DNA of 64,000 nt. It comes from a virus (taxonomy: Duplodnaviria; Caudoviricetes). The position numbers were made by a program, and so were the translations under genes. The stretch lies in the IMG/VR virus record IMGVR_UViG_2934384730_000002, positions 1-64,000 of that record. The stretch is one strand, 5' to 3'. This document shows positions 9,434 through 19,368 of this stretch, piece by piece. How positions within the stretch are numbered: position 1 is the first letter of the stretch; every line of letters begins with the position of its first letter. The notes below the pieces were generated by a model. That model searched no databases and was not told where the DNA came from. It saw only the letters and a program-made list of their open reading frames with translations.

Positions 9434-10039
9434 TCAGGGGAGGATGGCGAGCTTGAACTCCGCCAGCGTCAGCCGGCGCGCGGTGCTGTCCGTGTGTCCC
9501 ACCCGCAGCGCCAGCGGCATGTCCGGGCTGACGAAGATCTCGTGATGCTTCGTGAAGAACTGCGCCCCGGGGGACGGCGCGCGGTGGTCGGTGGCCGTGG
9601 TGTCCGGCGCGGTGAACGGCGCCCGCACGAACTGGTCCCGCAGCTCCCCGTACCCGCCCGCCTCCCAGTGGATGAGCGCGGTGAGCAGGCCCCACCCGGT
9701 GACGTTCGGCCAGATGAGCCCTGAGCGGTCGTTGGTCGCCCAGTCCACGACCTGGTAGCCGTCAGGCTGTACCGCGTCGTGCATGTCGTACGGGTCGTAC
9801 GACTCGCCGGCGTACGGAAACCGCACGATGTGGTAAGAGCCGTCCGCCGGGATCATCTGCGGCGTGTCGACCTTGAGCGACACGACCTTGGTCACGAACT
9901 CCGGCACCGGCGGGTCGATGAGGTCTTCACGCGACACCACATAGGGGGCGCTGCTGGTGCCGCTGCCCTCCACCACCATCCCGGGCCCTGCCGTGATCAG
10001 GCAGGAGCACCGCTCACCGCCACACCCTGTCCGGGCCAT
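9434..10039 (-). CDS. Minor tail/fibre-associated protein
   Basis: N-terminus like 8259..9383, C-terminus paralogous to 7312..7830; GGAGG RBS. Confidence 0.75.
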   Translation of the reverse strand: MARTGCGGERCSCLITAGPGMVVEGSGTSSAPYVVSREDLIDPPVPEFVTKVVSLKVDTPQMIPADGSYHIVRFPYAGESYDPYDMHDAVQPDGYQVVDWATNDRSGLIWPNVTGWGLLTALIHWEAGGYGELRDQFVRAPFTAPDTTATDHRAPSPGAQFFTKHHEIFVSPDMPLALRVGHTDSTARRLTLAEFKLAILP

Positions 10040-10066
10040 GGGCCACCTCCGCGTTGACGCGTCAAG

Positions 10067-10099
10067 GCCCGGCCCACAACCAGCAGCGCTACCAGTCTA
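10067..10099 (-). promoter_or_regulatory. Late leader motif copy 2 (10067-10084) with -10 TAGACT
   Basis: Exact motif 9 nt after TAGACT. Confidence 0.8.
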
Positions 10100-10112
10100 T
10101 GGCGACGATCGC

Positions 10113-10832
10113 TCACCCGTAGAGCTCGACCATCACCATGCCCTCGCCGCCCTCCATCCCCGTCTCGGGCTGGCCCATGGACAGGGCGCCGCCGGCGCCG
10201 CCGCCGTACCCTCGCGGAGCCGTCCCCGGCCCCGCCGTGCTCCGCCCGAACCCCCCATGGCCGAGGTGCGACTCACCGCCTACTCCAGAGAGTCCCTGCG
10301 TGCCGGACAGGCGCAGCGCGCCGCCACCGGCGCCGCCGCCGGACGCCCAGTCACCGGACCCGGCGTTGGGCGCCGGGATACCGTTCGCGGTCAGGGCAGT
10401 GGTGCCGCTGGTCATGTTGGCCGATCCGCCCTCGCCGCCGGGTGCGACGACGAACCCGCCGAAGGACGACGTACCGCCGGTCCCGCCGGCGCCGGTCGCG
10501 GACCCAGCCGCACCGCCGGCACCCACCACGACGCTCTCCACCGCGCCGAGGTCGGCGGCATCGATGAGCCGTTCCCCGTAGCTGCCCCCTGCAGCACCCG
10601 GCCGCGCCACCAGCTCATTGTTCGCGGCGTTCGCCCCGGCCGAGCCGCCACCGGCACCCTGCACCCGCACCCTGACCCGCGCCAGCCACGGATAGTCGGC
10701 CTTCCGGAACTGGTAGCTGCCGGCGTTCTTGAACTCCAGCACGTCCCGTAGACCCTGCTGCCCGGGGATGAGGTCCAACTCCCCGTCGCCGTTGACCGTG
10801 AAGTAACTCCCGCTTGCGCAGACCGACGCCAC
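10113..10832 (-). CDS. Glycine-rich minor tail/fibre protein
   Basis: VRVQGAGGG..GGTSSFG..YGGGAGGA; AAGGAG RBS. Confidence 0.8.
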   Translation of the reverse strand: MASVCASGSYFTVNGDGELDLIPGQQGLRDVLEFKNAGSYQFRKADYPWLARVRVRVQGAGGGSAGANAANNELVARPGAAGGSYGERLIDAADLGAVESVVVGAGGAAGSATGAGGTGGTSSFGGFVVAPGGEGGSANMTSGTTALTANGIPAPNAGSGDWASGGGAGGGALRLSGTQGLSGVGGESHLGHGGFGRSTAGPGTAPRGYGGGAGGALSMGQPETGMEGGEGMVMVELYG

Positions 10833-10858
10833 AACGCACTCCTTGACCCGTGTTCTCG

Positions 10859-10895
10859 GCCCGGCCCACAACCAGCGGCATCAAGCCCCAGGTTA
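10859..10895 (-). promoter_or_regulatory. Late leader motif copy 3 (10859-10876) with -10 TAACCT
   Basis: Exact motif 13 nt after TAACCT. Confidence 0.8.
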
Positions 10896-11351
10896 GACGG
10901 CCCCGGGGGGTGCCTCGCCGGGCCGGGAGCCGGTGACGTGGACGCTCGTGCCCTCCGGCGCCTCCACCCACCGCGTACCGCGCCCGTGCCGCACCAGCGC
11001 CCACACCCGCAGCACCACCCGGCCAGGCGTAGCCTCCTCGACCGCCACCGTGTACGGGCCCTCGGCCCCGGCGGCGACGGCGGAGACGACCAGCGAACCC
11101 AGGGACGGGTCCGGGCACCACACGGCCCGCCCACCGTCGCCCTCGACGGCCACGACCTCGGCCGCGACGGTCCGCCCCGGCGCCCCGGGCGGCCCCTCCG
11201 GGCCCTCCTCCCCACGCGGCCCCTCCGGGCCCGCCTCGGGCGCGGCCCGACGCCGGTTACTCATCCGCCGCGTGCGCTGGTCCAGATCCCGCAGCACCCC
11301 GGACAGCGGGCTCCCCGTCGACCGCCGCGCCGACGACCCTCGTACCGCCAC
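10893..11351 (-). CDS. Minor tail protein with short collagen-like stretch
   Basis: GPEGPRGEEGPEGPPG; position. Confidence 0.65.
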   Translation of the reverse strand: MAVRGSSARRSTGSPLSGVLRDLDQRTRRMSNRRRAAPEAGPEGPRGEEGPEGPPGAPGRTVAAEVVAVEGDGGRAVWCPDPSLGSLVVSAVAAGAEGPYTVAVEEATPGRVVLRVWALVRHGRGTRWVEAPEGTSVHVTGSRPGEAPPGAV

Positions 11352-11352
11352 C

Positions 11353-12366
11353 TCACACCCCCGCCGGGACCAGCTGCACGCGGACGCTCTCGCCCTGCCC
11401 GCTCTCCGTCACCTTCACGCCGTACACCTTGAGGCTCTGCGACACCGTCCGGCACGTGGTCGTCGTCATCACGTCCACGCAGTACCCCGGGACCAGCGAG
11501 GGCACGTCCACCGAAGCGTCCGGCGACAAGGTGGTCTCGTTGCTGGTGTCGATGAACGTCGGCGCGGGGAACGCGCCTCGCAGCCGGGAGCGGGCGCCGG
11601 CGGCCGCGCTGCCGTTGTCGAGGACGCTCGTCTCCTCCGATACCCGCTCCAGCAGCCCGTAGTACGGGTCGATGCCGCCGGCCTCGCCCTTGATGTCGCC
11701 CTCCTCCGCGCCGTGGAGGACCCACCGGGTGGCGAGGGACGCCCCGTCCTCGGACACCTCCAGCCCGGCCGGGAAGTCCGCGTCCGTGAGGGAGCCGACG
11801 CGCTCGCAGTGGTCCTCGCCCATGAGCAGGATGCGGCGGCCCACCGCCGTGTAGTCGAGGCCGGTGTCCGCGAGCGCTCGCAGGTGGTCACCGGTCTGCC
11901 CCACGTCCCGCTCGTACCGGCGCAGGCCCCGGACTCCGGACTCGTCGAGGATCTGCACCAGGTGCCCGGGGTCGTGCGGGGCGAACCCGTCTCGGATCAG
12001 CGCCGCCGCGACGTGGACGAGGTCGGTGTCCGGGAACACCATGTCGTCGTGGGGCACGCGCCGGTCGAGCCAGCCGAGGACGTCCACCGCCTGGAGCTCG
12101 ACGGCGCCGAGGCGCCACGTCGGGGTCACGATCGGCCCCTCCCACACGCCCTGGCCGTCCCGGAAGATCTGGAGGTCGTGGCGCCACGACCGGACCCGGG
12201 ACAGAGCCTCGCAGCAGTCCCCCTCCGGCTGGATGACCACGCTCGCCGTCGAGGTGTCGTCCAGTACGCGGGTCCACTCCACGGAGGTGAGGACGTCGGC
12301 CTGAGCGACGAGCGCACCGTTCCGGTCGACCACCCGGGCCGTGTGCCGGCCGCAACCAACAGGCAT
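11353..12366 (-). CDS. Minor tail (baseplate hub-like) protein
   Basis: VEWTRVLDDTS..VWEGPI; second gene after tape measure. Confidence 0.8.
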   Translation of the reverse strand: MPVGCGRHTARVVDRNGALVAQADVLTSVEWTRVLDDTSTASVVIQPEGDCCEALSRVRSWRHDLQIFRDGQGVWEGPIVTPTWRLGAVELQAVDVLGWLDRRVPHDDMVFPDTDLVHVAAALIRDGFAPHDPGHLVQILDESGVRGLRRYERDVGQTGDHLRALADTGLDYTAVGRRILLMGEDHCERVGSLTDADFPAGLEVSEDGASLATRWVLHGAEEGDIKGEAGGIDPYYGLLERVSEETSVLDNGSAAAGARSRLRGAFPAPTFIDTSNETTLSPDASVDVPSLVPGYCVDVMTTTTCRTVSQSLKVYGVKVTESGQGESVRVQLVPAGV

Positions 12367-12390
12367 GGGGCTCCCCTTCTATGTGACGGC

Positions 12391-12423
12391 GCCCGGCCCA
12401 CAACCAGCAGCCGGGCCAGAGTA
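12391..12423 (-). promoter_or_regulatory. Late leader motif copy 4 (12391-12408) with -10 TACTCT
   Basis: Exact motif 9 nt after TACTCT. Confidence 0.8.
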
Positions 12424-12430
12424 GCGGGGG

Positions 12431-13873
12431 TCAGTAGGTGCGGCCGGAGAGGCTGATGGCCACCGTGGCGTCGTCGGCCGGGGTGAAGATCGCGTCAGCT
12501 GAAATTTCGACGCAGTAGCGGGCGCAGGTCAACAGCGGGAAGTCCAAGGGACCGCCGTCGCGACCGAATGCATCCGGGGTGAGGCTCGCGCCGCCGGGGC
12601 AGTCGACCGTGGCCCGGCCCACCTGCCCGTCCAGCGTCATCACCCCGCCGCGCGGCACATAGCCGACCTCGTACACCGCCGCCGGGTCGCACCGCTCCTG
12701 CTGGACGACCTCCTCGCACGTCATGCCCTCGTGGGCCGCCGTCCGCTCGTAGAACGTGATGGTGACCCGGCGGAGGGTCTGCGACCCCGCCCGCACCTCG
12801 ATGACCGGCACCGACCCGAACCAACGCGGCCAGTCACTCAAGTCCAGCTCGTACACCTCAGCGTTGACCGCCAGTGCCCGGCACCAGCACGTCTCCGGCG
12901 GTGGCGGCACCGGTGGCGTGGGTGTCTGGCACCGGTCGTCGGTGCACAGTTCCTCCGCGCTCGGGCACGGCGCCAGACGGCACGTCTCGCACGGCGGCTC
13001 CACCGGCTCGTCCGACCACACCACCCCGCACGTCGCGTCGCCCTCGGTGAACTCCACCGGTACCGCGCCCGGCGGGCACGCCTCGTCACTCGGCTCCAGG
13101 CACACCGGCTTCGGGGGGCGGGGCGCGCCCGGGGTGTGCACGCACCACACGATGCACTCGGTGTCGTCGTCCGTGGGCACCGCCACGTCGAGGACCGGCA
13201 CCGGGTCCCGCCACAGCCACGGCGTGCCGGCGGTGAGGATGAACTCCACCTCCAGGATGTCCGCGCCGATCTGGCAGCCGCCCGACCCCGAGCAGCCGTC
13301 ACCGTGCCGGGCCGTCACCCTCGGCCCGTCGACCAGCGCCACCCGGCGCAGCGTCCGCCGGTGCGCGGCCGCGAAGTCCTCCGGGTCCTGCGCCGCCGAC
13401 GGGCAGCAGTCGTAGACGGTCAGGCAGTCGCCGCTACAGCCGCTTCCCGCGCACCCGGCCAGCGCCTCCCCGAGCCACCGCAGGCCGTACGCGACGCCGC
13501 AGCACGTCGACCCCAGCAGCACGGCGGAGACGGTGAGGGTGCGTGGCTGTTCCCGGGCCGGGCCGATCGCGGCCCCGCCCAGCACGCCCGTGGTCACCTC
13601 CCGCGCCACCGGGTGGTCGTCCAGGCCCTCGACGTCGAGGACCAGGAGCCCGGCGAACTCTCCGGAGGCGGGGGTGTCGGGGTCGTACCAGGGCGCGTCA
13701 TCGGCCGCCGGCGTCGTGTACGGCTCGTCCCCCACCAACGCGGCGTCGAAGGTGGGGCAGCCGCAGACGGACGGGGAGTCCAGCGGGCTCCCGATGGATT
13801 CGAGGTACGCCTGTAGGCGGGCGTGGTTGGCGATCTCCGTCCCCGCCAGGTTGAGGTAGCCGTCCAGGGCCAT
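12431..13873 (-). CDS. Distal tail/minor tail protein, Cys-rich
   Basis: MALDGYLNLAGTEIANHAR..; immediately after tape measure. Confidence 0.8.
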   Translation of the reverse strand: MALDGYLNLAGTEIANHARLQAYLESIGSPLDSPSVCGCPTFDAALVGDEPYTTPAADDAPWYDPDTPASGEFAGLLVLDVEGLDDHPVAREVTTGVLGGAAIGPAREQPRTLTVSAVLLGSTCCGVAYGLRWLGEALAGCAGSGCSGDCLTVYDCCPSAAQDPEDFAAAHRRTLRRVALVDGPRVTARHGDGCSGSGGCQIGADILEVEFILTAGTPWLWRDPVPVLDVAVPTDDDTECIVWCVHTPGAPRPPKPVCLEPSDEACPPGAVPVEFTEGDATCGVVWSDEPVEPPCETCRLAPCPSAEELCTDDRCQTPTPPVPPPPETCWCRALAVNAEVYELDLSDWPRWFGSVPVIEVRAGSQTLRRVTITFYERTAAHEGMTCEEVVQQERCDPAAVYEVGYVPRGGVMTLDGQVGRATVDCPGGASLTPDAFGRDGGPLDFPLLTCARYCVEISADAIFTPADDATVAISLSGRTY

Positions 13874-13875
13874 GG

Positions 13876-16800
13876 TCAGACCACCGCCGCCGAGGTGAGC
13901 CGGTGAATGACCCGGTGTGCCGTCATGTGCGCGTCTCCAACCTCGTTGATGTTCCAGGTGTGGTGGTGGACCGCCTTCGGGCCGCCGGTGCCGGGCGCTC
14001 CGGCGTCGGCGCCGAGGACACCGGCGCGGGTGAGCATGTCGACCAGCCCGGACTGTTGCGCGAGCTGCTGGGCACGGCGGGGCCGGGTCAGGGGGATGAC
14101 GACCTCGGGGCCGGCCTCGCCGATGAGGGCGGGCGTGGCGCTCGTGACGATCCCGCCGTCCGCGAACGGCAGCAGCTTGCGGACGCCGCTCGGGAGACCG
14201 GATTTGATCTTGCCCATGATCTGGCTGCCGATGTTGCCGACGGCGGAGATGATCTTGCCGGGCAGGCCGCGGAAGAGGTCCACGATGCCGCCGATGAGGC
14301 CGGACACGGCGCGGCGCGCGGCCCCGGCGGCGCGGCTGAACACGCCCGCGATCCGCGATCCGAGCGAGCTGAGGGCGTCGGCCGCGCGGCCGGGCAGGGT
14401 GCGGAAGAACCCGACCGTGTCCGACAGCCACGACGTCACCCGGGCCCGGGCAGCGGTGAACCCGGACGCCAGGGCGGAGAGCAGCATCGAACCGAACGCG
14501 GAGAGGGCGGAGTACACCCGGCCCGGCAGCGCCGAGAACCACGACGCCGCCTGAGAGATCCACGAGGAGATCCGGGCCGAGGCGGAGGCGAACGCGGCCG
14601 ACAGCGCGGACAGCAGGTACGTGCCCAGGCTGCCCAGGGCGGCCCAGATCCGGCCCGGCAGCGCAGCGAACCACGCCACGACCGTGGCGCCGGCCGACGC
14701 CAGCCAGCCCGTCACCGACGCCCACCCGGTCTGGAAGGCGGACACCAGGGTGGAGCCCAAGCTACTTAGAGCGGCCCAGATCTTGAGCGGCAGCTCCGTG
14801 AAGATGTAGACGAGCCCGGCCACCGCGGTGAGCAGCCCAATCGCGACGTAGGCCACGGCCGAGGTGAAGGCGTCGAGGAGGAGACCCGGCAGCGCGGCCA
14901 GACCGGCGACGATCTGCCCGGGGAGCTGGACGAAGAAGTCCAGCACCGCGGAGGCCCCGGACGCTACGGCCTCGCGGGCCGACACGAACAGGCCGGAGAA
15001 GAACCCGCCCACGGCCGAGCCGAGTCCGGACAGGGCCTCCAGCGCCCGCCCTGGCAGGCCGGCGAAGAAGGCGACGACGGCGTCGACACCGGACGATGCG
15101 GCGCCGGTGGCGGCCTCCCAGGCGGAGGCGAGGGCGTCGAGGATGGCGCCGCCCAGCTCCGCGCCCCACCGGGGGATGGTGTCGGTGAAGAAGCCGGCGA
15201 CGGCGTCCCAGGCGGTCTCCAGGTACGGGAGCAGCTTGGCGCCGATGCCGGTCAAGGCGCCTGCCACGGCGGTGAGGAGGAGACCGCCGATCACCAGCGG
15301 CAGCGCCGCCGCCCCCGCGATGATCTTGAGGATCAGCGGGCCCCAGATGTCGACCCGCTGACCGATCTCCGACGCCAGCCGGAACACGGCGGCGAACACC
15401 TTCGGGCCGTACTCGACAATGCCGTCCTGGATGGACGTGGCGATCTTGACGCCGGTCGCCTTGAGGTCGGGGAGTGCGTCCTCGATGGCCCGGCCGACGT
15501 CGGCAAACTGGCTGAAGTCCCCGGTGAACAGCCCCTGGAACGCCTGCTTCAGCTCGCGGCCGATCGTGCCCAGCTTCGCGCCGAGGTTGTCCCGCAGAGC
15601 GTCCCCGGCCCGGTCTGCGGCCCCACCGAATCCGTCCAGCTCCTTCGCCGCGGTGTCGAGGTCGAGCGCGGAGAGCGCGGACGCCATGTCCTCGGCCTTC
15701 GTGCCGAACAACCCTACGGCGGCTTGGTTGCGCTCTAGGGGGTCCTCGATGTCCTGGAGGGCGTTGAAGATCTCGGTGAGCGCGGCCCGGGCCTCGGGCC
15801 CGCCCTTGGCGAACGCCGAGGAGAGCTTGTCCGCGTCCAGGCTCATCGCCTTGAACGCGTCCACCACCCGCTCGCCGCCCTGCGCGGCCTCGATGGAGAA
15901 CTCCTTGAGGGAATCGGCGATCACGTCGGAGTCCCGGGCGCCGGCCTTGAGCCCCTGCTGAATGAGGCCCAGCGACTCCTGGGCCGACAGCCCGAGCTGC
16001 TTGAACTGGACCGGATACTCGGTGTACGTGTCCAACAGGTCTTCGGCGACGTTGCCGCCCTGCTGAACGCTCTTGGTGAGGAGGTCGATCCCCTCCGCCG
16101 CCGAGTCGACCAACCCGGCCTTCACCATCGTGCCGACCGCACGGGCGGTCTTCCCGATGTCCTCCTCCATGAGGCGGCTCAGGTCCGCCACCTGCGTGGA
16201 GACCGCCTCCAGAGCGGGGATGTCGCCCGGGGCGGCCAGGCCGTTGCGGACGGCGGCCTGGACCGCCGCCGTGCCCTCCTCGATCGTCTCTACGACACCC
16301 CGGGCGTAGAGCTGCCCGACGACCCGGCCAGCCTGCGCCGCGACACCGTCGGACACCCCGAGCGCGGCCCGGAGCTGCCCCTCGATCTGCTGGTGCTCAA
16401 TGACCCCCTCGATACCGGTCATCAGGGCCTTACCGATCACCGCCCCGAACCCCGCCACGGCGGCGACGATGGCGCCCCACGGCCCGGCCGCCGTGAGCGC
16501 GCCGGTGAGCCCGCCGAGGACGGCCGAGCCCGCCGCCCCGCCGGCGGCGGCCGCGGCCCCGCCCGCGCCGACCGTCACCGGGACGTTCACCTCGGTGCCG
16601 GCAAGGTCGGCGATCTGCTGCCGTACCCCGCCGTCGTCAAGGGTGAGCTGTACCTCGACCCGGGGAGCGTCCAGCGAGGCGAGCTGGGAGCGGACGCGGG
16701 AGAGGTCGGCCTCCACCTCCACCGGGATCGTCGGCGGCGCCACCGACCGGAGCGCCGCCTCGATCTCCCGCACCAGGGCCCGGGCGTCGGCCCGGACCTG

Positions 16801-17205
16801 GATCTCCGCCTCTACCCCGCGCAGCCGGTCCCGGAGCGACCGCAGGAACCCGCCCGTGTCCGGCGCGACCGGCGTCTCCACCGTGCCACTACCGCCACGG
16901 CGTAGCTCCCGCTGGAAGTCGTCCATATCGGCCGACACCCGCACGTCGACCGCGCGCAGGCCCCGCACCCGGTCCCGGATCTCCCGCTCGAAGCCACGGA
17001 GGTCGGGCTCGATGTCGACGGACGCGGAGAGCCCGCGCAGACCGCGGGCGAGGTTGCGGCGGAGGTTGCGGCCGATGTTCCGGGTGGAGCGGGTGAGGGC
17101 CCGCTCGATGTCCGCCCCGACGCTTCGGGCTTCCCGCTCCGCGCCGCTGTCGTCCAGCTCCAGCGTGATCCTGGCTGAGCCGTAGTCGACCTCTTCGCCG
17201 GCCAT
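13876..17205 (-). CDS. Tape measure protein
   Basis: About 1109 aa, GARDSDVIADSLKEF core, periodic W/F repeats, FADGGIV..GEAGPEVVIPL. Confidence 0.93.
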   Translation of the reverse strand: MAGEEVDYGSARITLELDDSGAEREARSVGADIERALTRSTRNIGRNLRRNLARGLRGLSASVDIEPDLRGFEREIRDRVRGLRAVDVRVSADMDDFQRELRRGGSGTVETPVAPDTGGFLRSLRDRLRGVEAEIQVRADARALVREIEAALRSVAPPTIPVEVEADLSRVRSQLASLDAPRVEVQLTLDDGGVRQQIADLAGTEVNVPVTVGAGGAAAAAGGAAGSAVLGGLTGALTAAGPWGAIVAAVAGFGAVIGKALMTGIEGVIEHQQIEGQLRAALGVSDGVAAQAGRVVGQLYARGVVETIEEGTAAVQAAVRNGLAAPGDIPALEAVSTQVADLSRLMEEDIGKTARAVGTMVKAGLVDSAAEGIDLLTKSVQQGGNVAEDLLDTYTEYPVQFKQLGLSAQESLGLIQQGLKAGARDSDVIADSLKEFSIEAAQGGERVVDAFKAMSLDADKLSSAFAKGGPEARAALTEIFNALQDIEDPLERNQAAVGLFGTKAEDMASALSALDLDTAAKELDGFGGAADRAGDALRDNLGAKLGTIGRELKQAFQGLFTGDFSQFADVGRAIEDALPDLKATGVKIATSIQDGIVEYGPKVFAAVFRLASEIGQRVDIWGPLILKIIAGAAALPLVIGGLLLTAVAGALTGIGAKLLPYLETAWDAVAGFFTDTIPRWGAELGGAILDALASAWEAATGAASSGVDAVVAFFAGLPGRALEALSGLGSAVGGFFSGLFVSAREAVASGASAVLDFFVQLPGQIVAGLAALPGLLLDAFTSAVAYVAIGLLTAVAGLVYIFTELPLKIWAALSSLGSTLVSAFQTGWASVTGWLASAGATVVAWFAALPGRIWAALGSLGTYLLSALSAAFASASARISSWISQAASWFSALPGRVYSALSAFGSMLLSALASGFTAARARVTSWLSDTVGFFRTLPGRAADALSSLGSRIAGVFSRAAGAARRAVSGLIGGIVDLFRGLPGKIISAVGNIGSQIMGKIKSGLPSGVRKLLPFADGGIVTSATPALIGEAGPEVVIPLTRPRRAQQLAQQSGLVDMLTRAGVLGADAGAPGTGGPKAVHHHTWNINEVGDAHMTAHRVIHRLTSAAVV

Positions 17206-17233
17206 GGGCAACCTCACGGAACTCGTGATGGTC

Positions 17234-17288
17234 GCCCGGCCCAGAACCAGCGGCGTGACCGGCACGACGGCCGGTCACGCCCAGGTTA
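17234..17288 (-). promoter_or_regulatory. Late leader motif copy 5 (17234-17251) with -10 TAACCT and interposed hairpin
   Basis: GCTGGTTCTGGGCCGGGC; 31-nt gap is almost all hairpin. Confidence 0.8.
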
Positions 17289-17301
17289 TCCGGTGGACGG
17301 G

Positions 17302-17712
17302 TCACCGCCGCGGGCCCGCGAACCGCTCCTCCTCGGCCGCGAGCTGCGCCACGAGGGCCTGCGCCTGGCCCAGCGCCATCCCGCCGCCCGGCCCCGCCGG
17401 CGCCCGCCGCTCCGCCGCTACCCCGGCCACTGGCCCGCCGTCGGCGTCCTTACGGGCCGGGCGGGTCGCCCCGACCCGGCGGCGCCCCGTGCCGCCCGCA
17501 GGCGCGTACAGGTCCGCTCGGATGCGTTCCTGGGCCGCCTCGTCCTCGGCCGACGCGAGGATGTGTGCCTCAGCCGCGTTCAGGAGGCGGCGGAGCGGCC
17601 AGCCGTGCGGGTCGACCCCTTGGAGCGCGAGGTGCCCGTCCCACGCGTCCCACCCTTGCGCGAGGCCGTCGAGGAGCCGCCAGACGACGTAGGAGGGCGG
17701 CGGCCCCCCGTG
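17302..17712 (-). CDS. Tail assembly chaperone C-terminal frame (GT, via -1 frameshift)
   Basis: Overlapping -1 frame without own start, before tape measure. Confidence 0.7.
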   Translation of the reverse strand, partial: HGGPPPSYVVWRLLDGLAQGWDAWDGHLALQGVDPHGWPLRRLLNAAEAHILASAEDEAAQERIRADLYAPAGGTGRRRVGATRPARKDADGGPVAGVAAERRAPAGPGGGMALGQAQALVAQLAAEEERFAGPRR

Positions 17713-18143
17713 TAGAGCTCCACGGTCCACTCCAGGAGCTCGACCAGGACGCGGTCCGGTAGGCGTAGCGCCCACACCGGCCGGGCGCCGCCTCCCTTGA
17801 CCCTCTCCGCGTGCGCCTTCGCTTCGTCCCACGACGGGAAGGAGTTCACGGTCTTCCCGCCGCGTACGACGTCCACGCGCGTGATGAGCTCCGCCGACTC
17901 CGGCAGCATGAGGCGCGACAGGAACACCCGGAGCCCGCTGCTCGCCGCCTTGACCTTCTCCACGTCGGCGCCCTCCAGGTCATCGACGTCCACACCGGTC
18001 TCCGCCTTCTGCATGTCGCGCATCTCGGCGTAGGCGTCCAGGTACTCGTCCCCCATCACCTCGGCCAGGAACTGGAGCTCCAGGCCGAGCGACGGCAGTT
18101 CAGCTACGTGCGGCTCGGTGGCGAGCGCGAAACTCTTCCTCAC
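17580..18143 (-). CDS. Tail assembly chaperone (G)
   Basis: Position; Ser/Gly-rich tail after GGRRPPT. Confidence 0.75.
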   Translation of the reverse strand: MRKSFALATEPHVAELPSLGLELQFLAEVMGDEYLDAYAEMRDMQKAETGVDVDDLEGADVEKVKAASSGLRVFLSRLMLPESAELITRVDVVRGGKTVNSFPSWDEAKAHAERVKGGGARPVWALRLPDRVLVELLEWTVELYTGGRRPPTSSGGSSTASRKGGTRGTGTSRSKGSTRTAGRSAAS

Positions 18144-18171
18144 GGGTCTGCCCCTCGTGCGGCCGCTCCTC

Positions 18172-18212
18172 GCCCGGCCCACAACCAGCAGCGCGGCGGC
18201 CCCAGCAGGGTA
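18172..18212 (-). promoter_or_regulatory. Late leader motif copy 6 (18172-18189) with -10 TACCCT
   Basis: Exact motif 17 nt after TACCCT. Confidence 0.8.
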
Positions 18213-18380
18213 GCCGCCCCCACGGCCCCCGCAACGGCACGAAGGCCGCTCCCGCCCTCCCGGCATGAGGGGCCCCCGGGAAACCCGGGGCGAGGGGGAG
18301 CGGCCTCCGCCGCTGCACTGATCAGCTCGGAGCAGCGTGGCACGACCGGCCCCGGCGGTCAAACACCCGCCTGGGCCGGC

Positions 18381-18758
18381 CTACCGCCCCTGCTCCAGGG
18401 CTCGTTTCATGAAGTCGTTGGCCTTGGTGCCAGGGTGCCTAACGAGCTTGGAGTAGACGACTCGTCCGCCGATCTGGAACCGCAGCACGTTCCGCCGGCG
18501 CGGCCGAATGAGGTGCGGCCTCGTGCCGTCGAGCACGAAGCGGACGGCATGGTGGTTGCACACGACGACGCCCCGGAGCCCGCCCGGGCCGTTCTCCACC
18601 CGCCAGTCCACGTAGTCCCCCATCGACCCGGGCGCCTCCCGCGCGGCGATGTCCGCCACCCTCCGGGTCCGCTCCCGTAGACGCCGCTCCACGGGCCCGT
18701 TGCGGAGCCGCAGAAGCCGCGCGACGGCGCCGGGGCGGACGGTCACCTGGACGCTCAC
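18381..18758 (-). CDS. Neck/tail-completion protein (HK97 gp10-like)
   Basis: FVLDGTRPHLIRP..VRHPGTKANDFMKRAL. Confidence 0.75.
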   Translation of the reverse strand: MSVQVTVRPGAVARLLRLRNGPVERRLRERTRRVADIAAREAPGSMGDYVDWRVENGPGGLRGVVVCNHHAVRFVLDGTRPHLIRPRRRNVLRFQIGGRVVYSKLVRHPGTKANDFMKRALEQGR

Positions 18759-19357
18759 GGGGACTCCTCTCCGGGGCACTGCCCGCAGCCGGGAAGCGCG
18801 ACGGTGACCCGCTGCTCCAGGCCGGCGCACCCGCCCTGAGGGCCGATGATCGTCTGTGCGCCGAGGACGAACCGGCGCGGGCGGCGCGGGTTGGGGCTGA
18901 GGCCGGGCAGGCAGCACCAGAGCGCGGAGTAGACGGTGGCCGCGTCCACGTGGATCGTCCGCGCCGCCTCGTTCAGCTCCTCGCAGGTGGGCGCGCAGCC
19001 GCTCTCGTCCACGGTGGGGACGCACCGCAGGAGGGTCACGACCAGCTCCACGGCGGTGATGTGCGGCGGGGTGCACCCCCGCACGCCCTGCACACTGACG
19101 TCCTGAGCCGGGAACCGATCCGGGCTGGACGGGAAGACGCGGGCGATGTTGACGGTGAGCTGTCCGGGCGGGCCGCCGGCGCAGCCGCCGAGGGCGTCGC
19201 ACTCGTCCCACGCGGGCGTGCCGGGGACCACGCAGGCCCGGCAGGGGCATCCGGCCGCGCCGTCCACACCGTCCGCCACGGCGGCGTCCAAGGCAGCGCA
19301 CACGCAGCCGAGGACGGCCTCCGCGAGGTCGTGCACCGCGAGCGGGGAGAGCGGCAT
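18755..19357 (-). CDS. Tail terminator-like protein
   Basis: WDEC..GQL..GPQGGCAG; position. Confidence 0.65.
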   Translation of the reverse strand: MPLSPLAVHDLAEAVLGCVCAALDAAVADGVDGAAGCPCRACVVPGTPAWDECDALGGCAGGPPGQLTVNIARVFPSSPDRFPAQDVSVQGVRGCTPPHITAVELVVTLLRCVPTVDESGCAPTCEELNEAARTIHVDAATVYSALWCCLPGLSPNPRRPRRFVLGAQTIIGPQGGCAGLEQRVTVALPGCGQCPGEESP

Positions 19358-19368
19358 CAGGGGGCCTC

